From assembly GCA_947499095.1 (NCBI GenBank), contig CANMMR010000006.1, positions 186,664 through 250,663 on the forward strand: DNA of 64,000 bases, given 5' to 3'. The position numbers and the translations under genes are program-made. The notes under the pieces were generated by a model. The model saw only the letters and a program-made list of their open reading frames with translations. It did no database searches and was not told the DNA's origin. Shown one piece after another: positions 9,965 to 20,181 of this stretch (within the stretch, counting starts at the first letter, position 1; each line of letters begins with the position of its first letter). The DNA is from an uncultured Erythrobacter sp. Its GTDB lineage: Bacteria; Pseudomonadota; Alphaproteobacteria; Sphingomonadales; Sphingomonadaceae.

Positions 9965-11308
9965 TTAGCTTGCGCGGACCTCGGCAGTGAAGGCCTGCAT
10001 CTTCGCACGCAGAGCTTCGGCCTGTAGTTCGAGTTCTTCCGCCGATGTCAGCACCTGGCTGGCCGCGGCGCCTGCCGACAACGACGTCTCGCGGACCTGC
10101 GAAATGCTGCCCGAGACCTCTTCGGTCGAGCGGGCGGCAAGGTCGATGCTGCGGGCGAGGTCCTGACCGGCAACCGACTGCTGGTCGACCGCGCTGGCGA
10201 TGGACACGGCAGTCGTTTCGAGTTCGCGGATCTGGTCGACGATCGAACGCAGCGCGCCGACGCTGGCACCGGTCGAATTCTGCATGTCACGGATCTGATC
10301 GGCGATCTCTTCCGTCGCACGACTGGTCTGCGAGGCGAGTTCCTTCACTTCGCTGGCGACGACTGCGAAACCGCGCCCGGCTTCGCCCCCGCGCGCCGCT
10401 TCGATCGACGCGTTGAGCGCGAGCAGGTTCGTGCGTTTGGCGATCGACTGGATCAGTTCAACGATTGCGCCGACCTGATCGGCCGAACTGGCAAGGGCAG
10501 AAATCGTATCGTCCGCGCCGGTTGCGGTCTCGGTCGCCTTGCGCGCCAGATCGGCCGAATGCGCCGCTTGTCGGCTGATCTCGCCGATCGACATGGCAAA
10601 TTCGTCGGAGGCCGCCGCGGCCGCGGTCGCGCCGCTGGATGCCTGCTCCATCGAATAAATGACCTGTTCGGCCTGGCCGGTCGCCTGGTTGGCGGTAGAT
10701 GCCATGCCTTGCGCCGTCGTCTTGAGCTGGCTCGATGCCGCTGCGACACCACCGGCGATCTCGCCGACGCTGGAGTCGAGGTTGGCAGCCAGCTGGAGCA
10801 ATTCTGCCTTGCGGGCCTTCTCCGAGTTATGCTTCTTTGCGAAGAGCTCGTCGAGCTTGTGGCCGGACTTGGTGAAAACGTGCAGTGCGCGCGCGAGGTC
10901 TCCAATTTCATCGACCCGATCGGTACCGATCAGCTCGATGTCGCGGGCACCCGCTGCGAGGCGAGTCATTTCCCGGCTGATGTGCGAATAGGGCGCAATT
11001 ACCCGTTTTCGCATGAATTGCAGGGCGATCAGGCTGACAGGGACGCTGAAACCGACAATACCGAGTATCGCGATCAGGGCCAGTCGGCTGCTCGCGGGTG
11101 AAATAAGCCCCCAGGCGGCCAGGGTTCCGATGACCGCAAGGCCGCCGACGGACATGAGGGAGGCCAGCACCGCCTTGTCGTCGAGCGACTTGCCCATGAA
11201 CCACGCGCCGACGCCGGTGACTTCATCATCCCGCACGCCGGCACCTACTTCAACGTCGGCGATCTCGCGGATGAGATCGTGTTCCAGGAAATTCGTCGGC
11301 GCGTTCAT
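9965..11308 (-). CDS. mcp: Methyl-accepting chemotaxis protein (2 TM, minimal periplasmic loop, HAMP)
   Basis: [37 protein letters not shown] hairpin tip; [16 protein letters not shown]. Confidence 0.95.
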   Translation of the reverse strand: MNAPTNFLEHDLIREIADVEVGAGVRDDEVTGVGAWFMGKSLDDKAVLASLMSVGGLAVIGTLAAWGLISPASSRLALIAILGIVGFSVPVSLIALQFMRKRVIAPYSHISREMTRLAAGARDIELIGTDRVDEIGDLARALHVFTKSGHKLDELFAKKHNSEKARKAELLQLAANLDSSVGEIAGGVAAASSQLKTTAQGMASTANQATGQAEQVIYSMEQASSGATAAAAASDEFAMSIGEISRQAAHSADLARKATETATGADDTISALASSADQVGAIVELIQSIAKRTNLLALNASIEAARGGEAGRGFAVVASEVKELASQTSRATEEIADQIRDMQNSTGASVGALRSIVDQIRELETTAVSIASAVDQQSVAGQDLARSIDLAARSTEEVSGSISQVRETSLSAGAAASQVLTSAEELELQAEALRAKMQAFTAEVRAS

Positions 11309-11321
11309 GCGTCACTCCCCA

Positions 11322-11336
11322 TTAAGCTGTTGCTAA
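11322..11336. promoter_or_regulatory. Putative CtrA box upstream of mcp
   Basis: TTAA-GCTGTTG-CTAAC (one mismatch); a TTAACCAT half-site also lies on the minus strand near 11362. Confidence 0.55.
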
Positions 11337-11495
11337 CTGTAAGACGGGAGCGCTTGCGAAATGGTTAAGCGGTGAGAATTCGGTCTCGATCGCGTGACGA
11401 CGAAATTAAGGCAATCGGTACGGAGCCCCGGCGATTTATTGCCAGAGGATGCGACGGTCGCGCTGGCTGCAACGCAGATCGGAGGCTCTTCCCGG

Positions 11496-13289
11496 TCACC
11501 CCTGACGGACTTGCCCGAGGAATGTGGCGACCTGCTGGCGTAGCTCGTCCGCCTGCTCTTCCAGATCGTTCGCCGAACTCAACACCTGACTTGCTGCGGC
11601 TCCGGTCTCCAGCGAGGTTTCGCGAACCTGCGAAACATGGCGAGACACGTCGTCGCTGGCGCGCGCAGCCACATCGATGCTGCGCGCGAGATCGCGGCCG
11701 GCCACCGACTGCTGATCGACTGCGCTGGCGATCGAAGTCGCCGTCGTTTCGATCTCGCTGATCTGGCGCGCAACGGCGCGTAGAGCGCTGACGCTGGCAC
11801 CGGTGGAGTCCTGCATGGCGCGGATCTGGGCGGCCACGTCGTCGGTGGCGCGGCTGGTCTGCGCCGCAAGTTCCTTCACTTCGCTGGCGACGACCGCGAA
11901 GCCGCGGCCCGCTTCCCCGCCACGCGCCGCTTCGATCGAGGCATTGAGCGCGAGAAGATTGGTACGCTTCGCGATCGACTGGATCAGTTCGACGATCGCG
12001 CCAACCTCGTTGGCCGAAGTGGACAGCGCAGAGATGGTCTCGTCGGCGCCCTTGGCGGTGTCGTTGGCCTGGCGTGCGAGTTCGGCCGAATGCGAAGCCT
12101 GCCGGCTGATCTCGCCGATCGACATGGCGAATTCGTCGGATGCGGCAGCTGCTGCCGTCGCTCCGGTCGAGGCTTCGGCGATGTGGCGCGCCACTTCGCC
12201 TGCTTCCTGCGATGTGCGGTCGGCGGCTTCGCTCATCACTCCTGCCGTGCGCTGGAGCTGGCTCGAGGCACTCGCTACGCCGCCGACGACCTTGCCGACA
12301 GTCGTTTCGAAACGATCTGCGACGCGCTGCATTTCCTTGCCGCGCTCCGCGCGCAAAGCTGCGCGTTCCTCGGAAAGTTGCTCGAATTCTTGCGCGGACT
12401 GCGCAAATACCTCGAAAGATCGCGCAAGGTCGCCGATCTCGTCGGGGCGTCCTGTGCCCGGGATGTGTATGCCCTTTTCACCCGCCGCGAGGCGCGTCGC
12501 AACATCGCTGATCCTGCCGAGCGAGCGCGAGAGATCACCGCCGATGTAGCGGTTGCTGAGCAGCACCAGCACTGCGCCGCCTGCGCACATCACGAAGAGC
12601 AGGGCAAAGAGCATGACGATGCCGGTTCGGGCTTTGTCGTCTTCGGCTTCGCCCACCGCGACCAGTTCTTCGCGCAGGTCGCGGGCCGCTGCTATGATAT
12701 CGTCACCTTCGACGAAGACGCTGTAGGAGAACGCTAGCCATTGCTCCTGGGAACCGCGCGAATCGCTGGCAGCGGCAACGCGCGAGGCGAGGGCGGCGAG
12801 CGAAGCATCGAGTTCGTCGATCACAGGGATGGTCGTCGGAGCTATCTCGTTCGCGTGCGATTCGATCTCGCGAAGCGTCCTATCGGCTTGCCGCAGCGAG
12901 TCCTGCGCTGCGGCCAGATCTTGCGGATTTCCTGTGACCGCATAGTGCTGGACGAACAGGCGAGCGTCCCCGATTTCCGCCACCATCTGGGCGGAATCGT
13001 AGGTTGCCTCGGAGATTCCGATCCGTTCTTGGCGCAGTTTCACTGCGTACCAGCCCCCTCCGAGGATCGAGAGGAGAATAAGCGCCATAGCAGCGATGTT
13101 GATCCAGGCGATGGCATCGAATTTCTGACCGACGGTCTTCGAATACATCCAGCCCCTGATGGCGCGCACTTGTCGTTCGACGTCGGTGGATTCGAAAGTG
13201 GCAGGCTCTCGCCTTTCGCCGAAAACTTCTTCGGGCATAACCTCGTATTCGGCGACGAAGTCGCCGCTCGCTTCGGAAAGAGCGTTCAT
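11496..13289 (-). CDS. mcp: Methyl-accepting chemotaxis protein (periplasmic helical ligand-binding domain, HAMP)
   Basis: Same conserved signalling hairpin; two TMs flanking a ~150 aa helical domain. Confidence 0.95.
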   Translation of the reverse strand: MNALSEASGDFVAEYEVMPEEVFGERREPATFESTDVERQVRAIRGWMYSKTVGQKFDAIAWINIAAMALILLSILGGGWYAVKLRQERIGISEATYDSAQMVAEIGDARLFVQHYAVTGNPQDLAAAQDSLRQADRTLREIESHANEIAPTTIPVIDELDASLAALASRVAAASDSRGSQEQWLAFSYSVFVEGDDIIAAARDLREELVAVGEAEDDKARTGIVMLFALLFVMCAGGAVLVLLSNRYIGGDLSRSLGRISDVATRLAAGEKGIHIPGTGRPDEIGDLARSFEVFAQSAQEFEQLSEERAALRAERGKEMQRVADRFETTVGKVVGGVASASSQLQRTAGVMSEAADRTSQEAGEVARHIAEASTGATAAAAASDEFAMSIGEISRQASHSAELARQANDTAKGADETISALSTSANEVGAIVELIQSIAKRTNLLALNASIEAARGGEAGRGFAVVASEVKELAAQTSRATDDVAAQIRAMQDSTGASVSALRAVARQISEIETTATSIASAVDQQSVAGRDLARSIDVAARASDDVSRHVSQVRETSLETGAAASQVLSSANDLEEQADELRQQVATFLGQVRQG

Positions 13290-14836
13290 GCTACTTTTTT
13301 ACCCTTGGGGGTTTCTGCGACCATGCATTGGACCGGCTGGCCGAGATGCTGCTCGATTTCATCGGCCGGCATGGCCTTGAAGTAGAGCCAGCCCTGGATC
13401 TGGTCGCAGCCGGCAGCGCGGACCATGTCAGCCTGTTCCTGCGTTTCGACGCCCTCGGCCGTGACGCCCATTTTCATGGCCCGCGCGACCGTGATGCTGG
13501 ACAGCATCATCGCCCGGCTGCCATCGTCCTCGCCGGCCTGCACGACGAGGCTGCGATCGAGTTTGAGCTTTTCGAACCGGAACTGGCGCAGGAAACCGAT
13601 CGAGGCATAGCCGGTCCCGAAATCGTCGAGGGCGATGCGCACGCCGAACCCCCGGATGAGCGCAAGGCTGCGTTCGGCGACGACCGGGTCAAGCACCAGG
13701 CAAGTTTCTGTGATCTCGAGTTCGAGCCGTTCGGCATCGAAGCCGGTTTCCTCGAGGATATGGCCGAGCTGGACCGGGAATTCGGGATTGCGAAGCTGTG
13801 CCGCGCTGATGTTGACCGACAAGGTGATGTCGTCCCAGGCCAACGCATCGATGCAGGCCTGCCGCAGGACCCATAGGCCGATCGCGTTGATCAGCCCGCT
13901 TTCCTCGGCCACCGGAATGAAGACATTCGGGCCGATGGGCTTGCCGTCGGGACGCTCCCAGCGCAGCAGGCACTCGACCGCAACGACCATGCGCGTGGTG
14001 CTGTCCACCAGCGGCTGGTAATTCAGGCGAAACTCGTCACGCGCCAGCGCCAGGCGCAATTCGTCGTCGAGTTCCTTGATCTGCTCGCGGCTCTTGTCGA
14101 AGGCCGGATTGAACCAGGTGCAGCGCATCTTGCCGCCACGCTTCGAGGCATACATGGCGACATCGGCGCGGCGCAGCAATTCGGAGGAACTGACGGTATC
14201 CCCGGCATTGCAGCGCGCCAGGCCGATGCTGGCACCAAGGGTCAGGCGGCGATCGTCGACATTGACGGGTTTTGCCAGTCGCTCGACGATCCGGCGGCAC
14301 AGCCCTTCGAGCAAGGTGCCCGCGAGGGGACCTGCCGCCATGACGGCATATTCGTCCCCGCCGAGGCGATAGATCGTCGCCTCGCCTTCGGTCATCTCCA
14401 GGAAGATGCGGGAACATTCGCGGATCGCCGCATCGCCGACGAAATGACCATAGTGATCGTTGACGAGCTTGAACCCGTCGAGATCGACAAGGGCGAGGGC
14501 GACTTCCTCACCGCCGAGCGCCTTGCGCTGCATGTCGCGGTGGAGCGCGCGGCGATTGGGTAGGCCGGTCAGGCTGTCGCTCATGCTCAGGATTTCCGCC
14601 CGGCGTAGGTGGCGGATGCCCGAATAAGCGAGCAAACCGACCGCAGCAGCGAAAATAACGGTGCCGGTCGCCAGGATGGCCATGGGCTGGCCGATGCCGA
14701 GCCGACTGCTCGCCATGGTGAGCGCAAAAGTCGTCAGGAAGATGCCGGCCAGGATTACCAGTGGCCCGAAGACCACAGCCCTGTTGTCGCTGACAGCCTG
14801 ATCCTGCCGAGTTTCCACCAATGCCCCCGATTGCAA
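13286..14836 (-). CDS. Membrane-anchored GGDEF-EAL protein (diguanylate cyclase/phosphodiesterase)
   Basis: [25 protein letters not shown]; ECLLRW, ELEITE, DDFGTG, AEGVE; TTG start. Confidence 0.92.
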   Translation of the reverse strand: MQSGALVETRQDQAVSDNRAVVFGPLVILAGIFLTTFALTMASSRLGIGQPMAILATGTVIFAAAVGLLAYSGIRHLRRAEILSMSDSLTGLPNRRALHRDMQRKALGGEEVALALVDLDGFKLVNDHYGHFVGDAAIRECSRIFLEMTEGEATIYRLGGDEYAVMAAGPLAGTLLEGLCRRIVERLAKPVNVDDRRLTLGASIGLARCNAGDTVSSSELLRRADVAMYASKRGGKMRCTWFNPAFDKSREQIKELDDELRLALARDEFRLNYQPLVDSTTRMVVAVECLLRWERPDGKPIGPNVFIPVAEESGLINAIGLWVLRQACIDALAWDDITLSVNISAAQLRNPEFPVQLGHILEETGFDAERLELEITETCLVLDPVVAERSLALIRGFGVRIALDDFGTGYASIGFLRQFRFEKLKLDRSLVVQAGEDDGSRAMMLSSITVARAMKMGVTAEGVETQEQADMVRAAGCDQIQGWLYFKAMPADEIEQHLGQPVQCMVAETPKGKKVA

Positions 14837-14875
14837 CCGTTCGATGTTCTACAACATGGCGATAGCGGTCATTCG

Positions 14876-14890
14876 CTAAGGATTGGTGAA
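14876..14890. promoter_or_regulatory. Possible CtrA box upstream of the GGDEF-EAL gene
   Basis: CTAA-N7-TGAA, two mismatches. Confidence 0.3.
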
Positions 14891-14909
14891 GCCGCGTTTA
14901 CCTTGTCCG

Positions 14910-15773
14910 TCACGCGGAGGCCTGGTGCTGTAACGTGCGGGTGGCGCGAGCATGGACGGAAGTCGGCCGGTAAAGCGATGACCCCCATGGCGAAGGCTCG
15001 AACCGTTCGGTCTGGCCCACCACCGATTCTCCGGCGCCGAGCATTAGCAAGCCGTCGCTGGCTGTCGCGCTGGCCAGACGGTCGAACACCGTACGGCGGA
15101 TGTCCGTGTCGAAATAGAGCAGCACGTTGCGGCATAGCACGAGGTCGAATTGCCCCGGATGGGGCGGGTGGTCGAGAATGCTGTGCTGCTGGAAGCGGAC
15201 CATCGAACTGATCTTGTCGTTGGCCTGCCAGCCGCGCGGGGTTTCGGTAAAGAAGTTGAGCATTTGCGCGACACTGATGCCGCGCTGGATCTCGAACTGG
15301 GTGTAGCATCCGGTCTTCGCCGACGCGATCGCCTTGCCGGAGATGTCGGTTCCGAGGATGTCGATATCCCAATCCCGCCAGCGACCGGGCTGTTCGCAGA
15401 ACAGCATCGCGAGGCTGAGCGGTTCCTGTCCCGTGGAACATCCGGCGGACCAGATACGCAGACGCTTCGATCCGGCGCGCCTGCTCGCGAGATCGCCCAG
15501 AACCTGGTTGGCCAGCATCGCGAAATAGACGTGATCGCGGAAAAAATAGCTCTCGTTGTTGAGCAGAGCCTCGACGACCTTGGTCGCCAGGTGATGCTCG
15601 CCGGGACGTTCCAGCATGCAGGCCAGCTGGTCGACATTGTCGAGGCCGAGTTCGCGGAACAGCCCGGCAAGCGCCGTGGAGACGCGCCAGCGCCGGTTTT
15701 CGGTCAGTTGCTGTCCGGTACGCTGTTCGAGGAGGTCGGCGATTATCTTGTGAGAGGCGTCGTCTACGCCCAT
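14910..15773 (-). CDS. cheR: Chemotaxis methyltransferase CheR
   Basis: LNNESYFFRD, IWSAGCSTGQEPLS, FDLVLCRNVLLYF; start MGVDDAS overlaps the cheB stop. Confidence 0.93.
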   Translation of the reverse strand: MGVDDASHKIIADLLEQRTGQQLTENRRWRVSTALAGLFRELGLDNVDQLACMLERPGEHHLATKVVEALLNNESYFFRDHVYFAMLANQVLGDLASRRAGSKRLRIWSAGCSTGQEPLSLAMLFCEQPGRWRDWDIDILGTDISGKAIASAKTGCYTQFEIQRGISVAQMLNFFTETPRGWQANDKISSMVRFQQHSILDHPPHPGQFDLVLCRNVLLYFDTDIRRTVFDRLASATASDGLLMLGAGESVVGQTERFEPSPWGSSLYRPTSVHARATRTLQHQASA

Positions 15774-16849
15774 GCCTCGGCCCCCACGCTGGCGAGCACT
15801 TTTTCCGCGAGTTCCTCCGGCGGGCTGGCAGCGGCGACAAGGCCCATCTCCGTCACCGCACGCGGCATGCCCCACACCGCGCAGGTCTCGGCATTCTGGG
15901 CGTAGAGCGTGCCGCCTGCCTTCGCGATCGACTGCGCGCCTTCGGTGCCGTCGCGGCCCATGCCGGACAGCAGGACTGCGGCGACCCGCCCGTCGAAAGC
16001 TTCGGCGAGGGATTCGAACATCGGGTCGACGGAAGGCATGCAACCGCTCTTCACCGGATGATAGGCAAGTCCGGTGACGTAGCGCCCGCCCGACTTGCGC
16101 ACGACCATGTGGCCGTGCCCCGGTGCGATGACGATGTGGCCACGCTTCAGCTCGACGCCTTCGTCGGCGAGGACAGCAGGACGGCCGGCAGCCAGTTCCA
16201 TCTGCTTGGCGAAAACAGGGATGAAGCTGTCCGGCAGATGCTGCGTAATCAGGATCGGCAGGTCGAAGTTCTTCGGAATCTTGCGCAGGAACAGGTTCAG
16301 CGCGTGGATGCCGCCGGTCGATGCACCGATCGCGACGACCTCGGGCCGCTTGCCCGATTTGACGGTCGAGGGTGCGGAGCGCGCTGGCTTGGGCGCTTCC
16401 GCATCGACGCCGGCGAGTGCGCGGATCTTGCCAAGCAGAGCTTCACGGTAGCTGTCGTTGAAGCCACCGGGTCGCGGCTTGAGCATGGTGTCCGCCGCGC
16501 CGAGCGACAGGGCCTGCACAGTGTGCTCGGCACCGTCCGCGGTCAGCGAGGAGATGACCAGGACCTGCGCACCGGGCGCGGCCTGCTGGATTTTCGGCAG
16601 CGCTTCGATCCCGCCCATTCCGGGCATTTCGAGATCGAGCATGATCACGTCGGTTTTATGCGTGCGCAGTTCGTCGAGCCCGCGTTCGGCCGTATTGGCC
16701 GTGGCAACGATGCAAATGTCCTTCTCCTTCTGGAGCATGCGCGTGAAGACGGTTCGCACGGTCAGCGAGTCGTCCACGATCATCACCCGGACCTTGCGAC
16801 CCACGGATGCGGCGGGATCGGCCCTCTGGCTGCGAAGCACTGCGCTCAT
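15764..16849 (-). CDS. cheB: Chemotaxis methylesterase CheB (REC + esterase)
   Basis: REC IVDDS...LDLEMP; catalytic GASTGG, ITQHLP, LSGMGRDG. Confidence 0.95.
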   Translation of the reverse strand: MSAVLRSQRADPAASVGRKVRVMIVDDSLTVRTVFTRMLQKEKDICIVATANTAERGLDELRTHKTDVIMLDLEMPGMGGIEALPKIQQAAPGAQVLVISSLTADGAEHTVQALSLGAADTMLKPRPGGFNDSYREALLGKIRALAGVDAEAPKPARSAPSTVKSGKRPEVVAIGASTGGIHALNLFLRKIPKNFDLPILITQHLPDSFIPVFAKQMELAAGRPAVLADEGVELKRGHIVIAPGHGHMVVRKSGGRYVTGLAYHPVKSGCMPSVDPMFESLAEAFDGRVAAVLLSGMGRDGTEGAQSIAKAGGTLYAQNAETCAVWGMPRAVTEMGLVAAASPPEELAEKVLASVGAEAWA

Positions 16850-16860
16850 TGCCGGCCTCC

Positions 16861-17226
16861 TCAGGCCATGCCGACCAGCTGCAGCTTGATCTGCAGGGTC
16901 TCGTGGTCGAACGGCTTCATCACATATTCGTCGGCACCTGCGCTGATCGCCTCGCGGATATGGGCCACGTCGTTTTCGGTGGTACAGAACACGACCTTCG
17001 GCTTGTCGCCGCCGTCGCGCTGGCGCAGCTGGGTGATGAATTCGATGCCGGTCATTACCGGCATGTTCCAGTCGAGCAGGACCACGTCCGGCATCGATTC
17101 CATGCAGCGATCGAGACCTTCCTTGCCGTTCTCGGCTTCCTCGACCTCGAAATCGAGCGTTTCGAGAATATGGCGCGATACCTTGCGGATGACGCGCGAA
17201 TCATCGACGATCAGGCAGGTTTTCAT
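16861..17226 (-). CDS. cheY: Chemotaxis response regulator CheY
   Basis: Single REC domain MKTCLIVDDS...LDWNMP...YVMKPF. Confidence 0.92.
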   Translation of the reverse strand: MKTCLIVDDSRVIRKVSRHILETLDFEVEEAENGKEGLDRCMESMPDVVLLDWNMPVMTGIEFITQLRQRDGGDKPKVVFCTTENDVAHIREAISAGADEYVMKPFDHETLQIKLQLVGMA

Positions 17227-17283
17227 GACGTTGGACCTCGTGTGTTTCGGGCCATGCATACCGCCCGAGGGGTAACTATTCGC

Positions 17284-17718
17284 TTAAGCCGCCTCTTCCA
17301 TCGGGCCGGCGATGAGCGAGGACGTGTCGATCAGCAGGGTGGGGCCGCTCTCGGTCTCGACCATGCCGCGGGCGGCGCGTTGCCATCCCGCGCCGAAGCC
17401 ACCGGGCACGGCGACAGGCTGGCTGAGCGCTTCGCCGACATCATAGGCGGCATCGACGAGCAGCGCGTAGAGATGCCCTTCGACTTCGACCACCGCCGCG
17501 CGCTGGTCGTCTTCCGCAACCGACTTTTCGAGGCCCAAGGCCAGCGAGCAGTCGATCACCGTCAACGCCTGACTACGCAGGGCCGTGAGGCCGAGAATGA
17601 AGTCCGGCGTTCCCGGGATCGGCGTGATCTCCTCGATCTCGATCACGGACTGGACATCGCTCGCCGGGATGGCCGCGTGGCGGTCGGCGACGAGGCACTG
17701 GAGCAGCAAATCGGTCAT
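17284..17718 (-). CDS. cheW: Chemotaxis coupling protein CheW
   Basis: ITPIPGTPDFILGLTALRSQALTVID; position in the operon. Confidence 0.88.
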   Translation of the reverse strand: MTDLLLQCLVADRHAAIPASDVQSVIEIEEITPIPGTPDFILGLTALRSQALTVIDCSLALGLEKSVAEDDQRAAVVEVEGHLYALLVDAAYDVGEALSQPVAVPGGFGAGWQRAARGMVETESGPTLLIDTSSLIAGPMEEAA

Positions 17719-20132
17719 GCGGTCCTCCCGAGGCGGGCCTGTTTGAGCGCGGCCAGCAGGCCGTCGCGGTCGTAGCGGTAGATGGTATCGCCATCGGCTC
17801 CGGCAGTGTGCGGATCCTGGGTCAGGCGGATGACGCTGCGGGCGCTGGCGGATCGTTCGGGCCGGACGGTTTCGGCCAGCTGGATCTCGACATCGGCATC
17901 TTCGCCGTCATCGGCTGCGATACGGTATCCGGCTGCCTCGACCAGCGGCTCCAGGATCGTACGCGCCCAGTCGCTATCGTCCGGAATCCGGCAAGACAGT
18001 ACCTCCTGAGTGCGGCGCTGGACGCGCTGGCGCGCAAACAGCGCGTGCCCGTCGAGCACCGGCACGAGCGAGTCGCCGATGAGGGTCACGCCCTCGATCA
18101 GGGGATCGTCCTGCGAGGGAATGATCTCGCCATCCATATCGGCGGCGTCGAGCACTTCGTTGACCGCATAAACGACCTCGCTCTCGCCATCGGTCAGGCG
18201 CAGCAGGCGGCAGCGATTTTCCGGCAGCTCGCCGAATTCGAGGCCGAGGAGCGTGAATACCGATCCGTCGATGACGGCCTGCGCTCGCTGGCCCTCGATA
18301 TCGATCGCCTCGCGCGACACGGTGTCGATCCGGCGAACCATGTCGAGCCGCACGGCGCGCTTGCGATCGTCGAGCCCGGCGAAGAGCATGATCGGCACGG
18401 CCTTGCGGCCCGTTTCGATGACCTCTTCTTCTACAACCTCGGTCGTGCGGCCCTCGCCCATGTGCAGGCGGTTGGTCGCGATGCTCGGCAAATCGAGCAA
18501 CATCATCGGGCGGCCATCGTCGAGCAGGGTGGTCCCCGCATAGAGGCGGGTTTCCATCACTGCCGGGGCGATCGGTTTGACCACTACGTCCTCGTGATCG
18601 AACACACGGTCGACGGCGAGGGCAAAAACATCGTCGCTGGCGAGACGGATGAGGACCAGCGTCTTGCTGTCCCATTCCGCATCGTCGATCTCGTCGATAC
18701 CGAGAATGTCGCCCAGCGCGAGGCACGGGACGCGCTTGTCGCGGAAGGTCACGAGGCGGCGGTCGCCGGCAGTGGCGAATTCGACGTTGCTGCTGCTGCT
18801 GAAGACGATCTCTTCGACATAGCTGCGCGGGATTGCATACCGCTGCCCGCCGGCGCCGACGGTAAGAGCGGCGATGATGCTGAGCGTGAGCGGCAGCTTG
18901 AGATGGAAGCTGGCGCCTTCACCCGGCTTGCTGACGACATCGATCGAGCCACCGACGCGTTCGATATTGGCACGCACCACATCCATGCCGACACCGCGGC
19001 CGGAAACCGAGCTGACTTCATTGGCAGTCGACAGGCCCGGCTCGAAAATGAGCAGGTGCTTGCGCCGGTCGGACATGCGATCGACTTCGCTCTGCGAATA
19101 GAGCCCGGCGGCGACGGCCTTGTCTGCGAGACGGCCGGTGTCGATCCCCCGGCCGTCATCGGAGACGACCAAGCTGATCTGGTTGCCAGCCTGGCGCGCT
19201 GCGAAGCGGAGCAGGCCGATCTCGCGCTTGCCGTTCTTCAGTCGCTCGCCGGGTCCTTCGATGCCGTGATCGATGGCGTTGCGAATGATGTGGGTCAGCG
19301 GATCGCGGACCATCTCGATCATCTCGCGATCGAGTTCGACCTCTCCGCCCTCGAAATCGACCATGACCTGCTTGCCGAGTTCGTTCGACAGATCGCGGAC
19401 GAGGCGGGGAAGCGAGCTGAAAAGATGCTCGAGCCGCTGCATCCGCATGCGGGTAATGGCGGCGCGAACGTCGGCCAAGATTGTCGATAGACGGTCGAAG
19501 GGCCCGTCGATGGTCGGCTGCTCCCCGGCTTCGCGCAAGCGGCGCGACAGGTCGTTGCGGGCCAGCACCATGTCGGAAACGCCCTTCATCACCTCGTCGA
19601 GCAGGTCGACCGGCAGGCGGATGGAGCGCTGTACGGCCTGAGCGCGGGCGGGTTTCGGTGCGGAGCTCTCGCTGTCGGAATCGTCGCCGCGATCCGCGTC
19701 GGCATCGCTTTGGTCGTTCGCAGGCTGGGCTTCCGGCATCACGGCGCTGGCAACCACGATGTCGTCACTGCCCTGGAGCGCTGCAATCAGTTCATCGTCG
19801 CCGCCCTCGGGAAATTCCTCACCCGCTTCGATCGCGTCGGTCATCTCGCTGATCCGGTCGATGATGGCGAGGACGGCGGATACGAGCGCGCTGTCGGCCT
19901 CGCGGCGTCCGGCGCGGCACTCGGACAGGGCATCTTCGGCTGCGTGACTTAGCTTCTCGAGCCGCGGAAAATCGAAGAAACCGCAATTGCCCTTTACGGT
20001 ATGGACGAAGCGGAAAATCGTATCGAGCCGCGCGCGGTCGGACGGGTCCGCTTCCCAGGCGACGATCTCCCCGCCGCTGGCTTCCAGCATTTCTCGTGTT
20101 TCGGCGACGAAATCCGCCAGAAGATCATCCAT
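17715..20132 (-). CDS. cheA: Chemotaxis histidine kinase CheA
   Basis: P1 FRFVHTVKG, HIIRNAIDHG, DDGRG, GRGVGMDVV, CheW-like P5. Confidence 0.96.
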   Translation of the reverse strand: MDDLLADFVAETREMLEASGGEIVAWEADPSDRARLDTIFRFVHTVKGNCGFFDFPRLEKLSHAAEDALSECRAGRREADSALVSAVLAIIDRISEMTDAIEAGEEFPEGGDDELIAALQGSDDIVVASAVMPEAQPANDQSDADADRGDDSDSESSAPKPARAQAVQRSIRLPVDLLDEVMKGVSDMVLARNDLSRRLREAGEQPTIDGPFDRLSTILADVRAAITRMRMQRLEHLFSSLPRLVRDLSNELGKQVMVDFEGGEVELDREMIEMVRDPLTHIIRNAIDHGIEGPGERLKNGKREIGLLRFAARQAGNQISLVVSDDGRGIDTGRLADKAVAAGLYSQSEVDRMSDRRKHLLIFEPGLSTANEVSSVSGRGVGMDVVRANIERVGGSIDVVSKPGEGASFHLKLPLTLSIIAALTVGAGGQRYAIPRSYVEEIVFSSSSNVEFATAGDRRLVTFRDKRVPCLALGDILGIDEIDDAEWDSKTLVLIRLASDDVFALAVDRVFDHEDVVVKPIAPAVMETRLYAGTTLLDDGRPMMLLDLPSIATNRLHMGEGRTTEVVEEEVIETGRKAVPIMLFAGLDDRKRAVRLDMVRRIDTVSREAIDIEGQRAQAVIDGSVFTLLGLEFGELPENRCRLLRLTDGESEVVYAVNEVLDAADMDGEIIPSQDDPLIEGVTLIGDSLVPVLDGHALFARQRVQRRTQEVLSCRIPDDSDWARTILEPLVEAAGYRIAADDGEDADVEIQLAETVRPERSASARSVIRLTQDPHTAGADGDTIYRYDRDGLLAALKQARLGRTA

Positions 20133-20173
20133 ATAACTGCCCCTGATCCGATCGGGCCCAGCTATGCAGCAAG

Positions 20174-20181
20174 ATGGTTAA
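20174..20181 (-). promoter_or_regulatory. CtrA-type TTAACCAT half-site upstream of the cheA operon
   Basis: Minus strand reads CAAA-N7-TTAACCAT about 40 nt upstream of the cheA ATG; overlaps the MATE stop codon. Confidence 0.45.

Noticed and set aside
10300-12130. Nucleotide similarity between the two mcp genes as a recent duplication or repeat element
   Set aside because: Limited to the universally conserved signalling hairpin. The sensor domains are unrelated.
14910-16043. 377-aa CheR with a long N-terminus
   Set aside because: The extension overlaps cheB out of frame. The start at 15773 gives a normal CheR.
17272-17287. CtrA box upstream of cheY
   Set aside because: The spacing is 8 nt rather than 7, and one half-site is simply the cheW stop codon.
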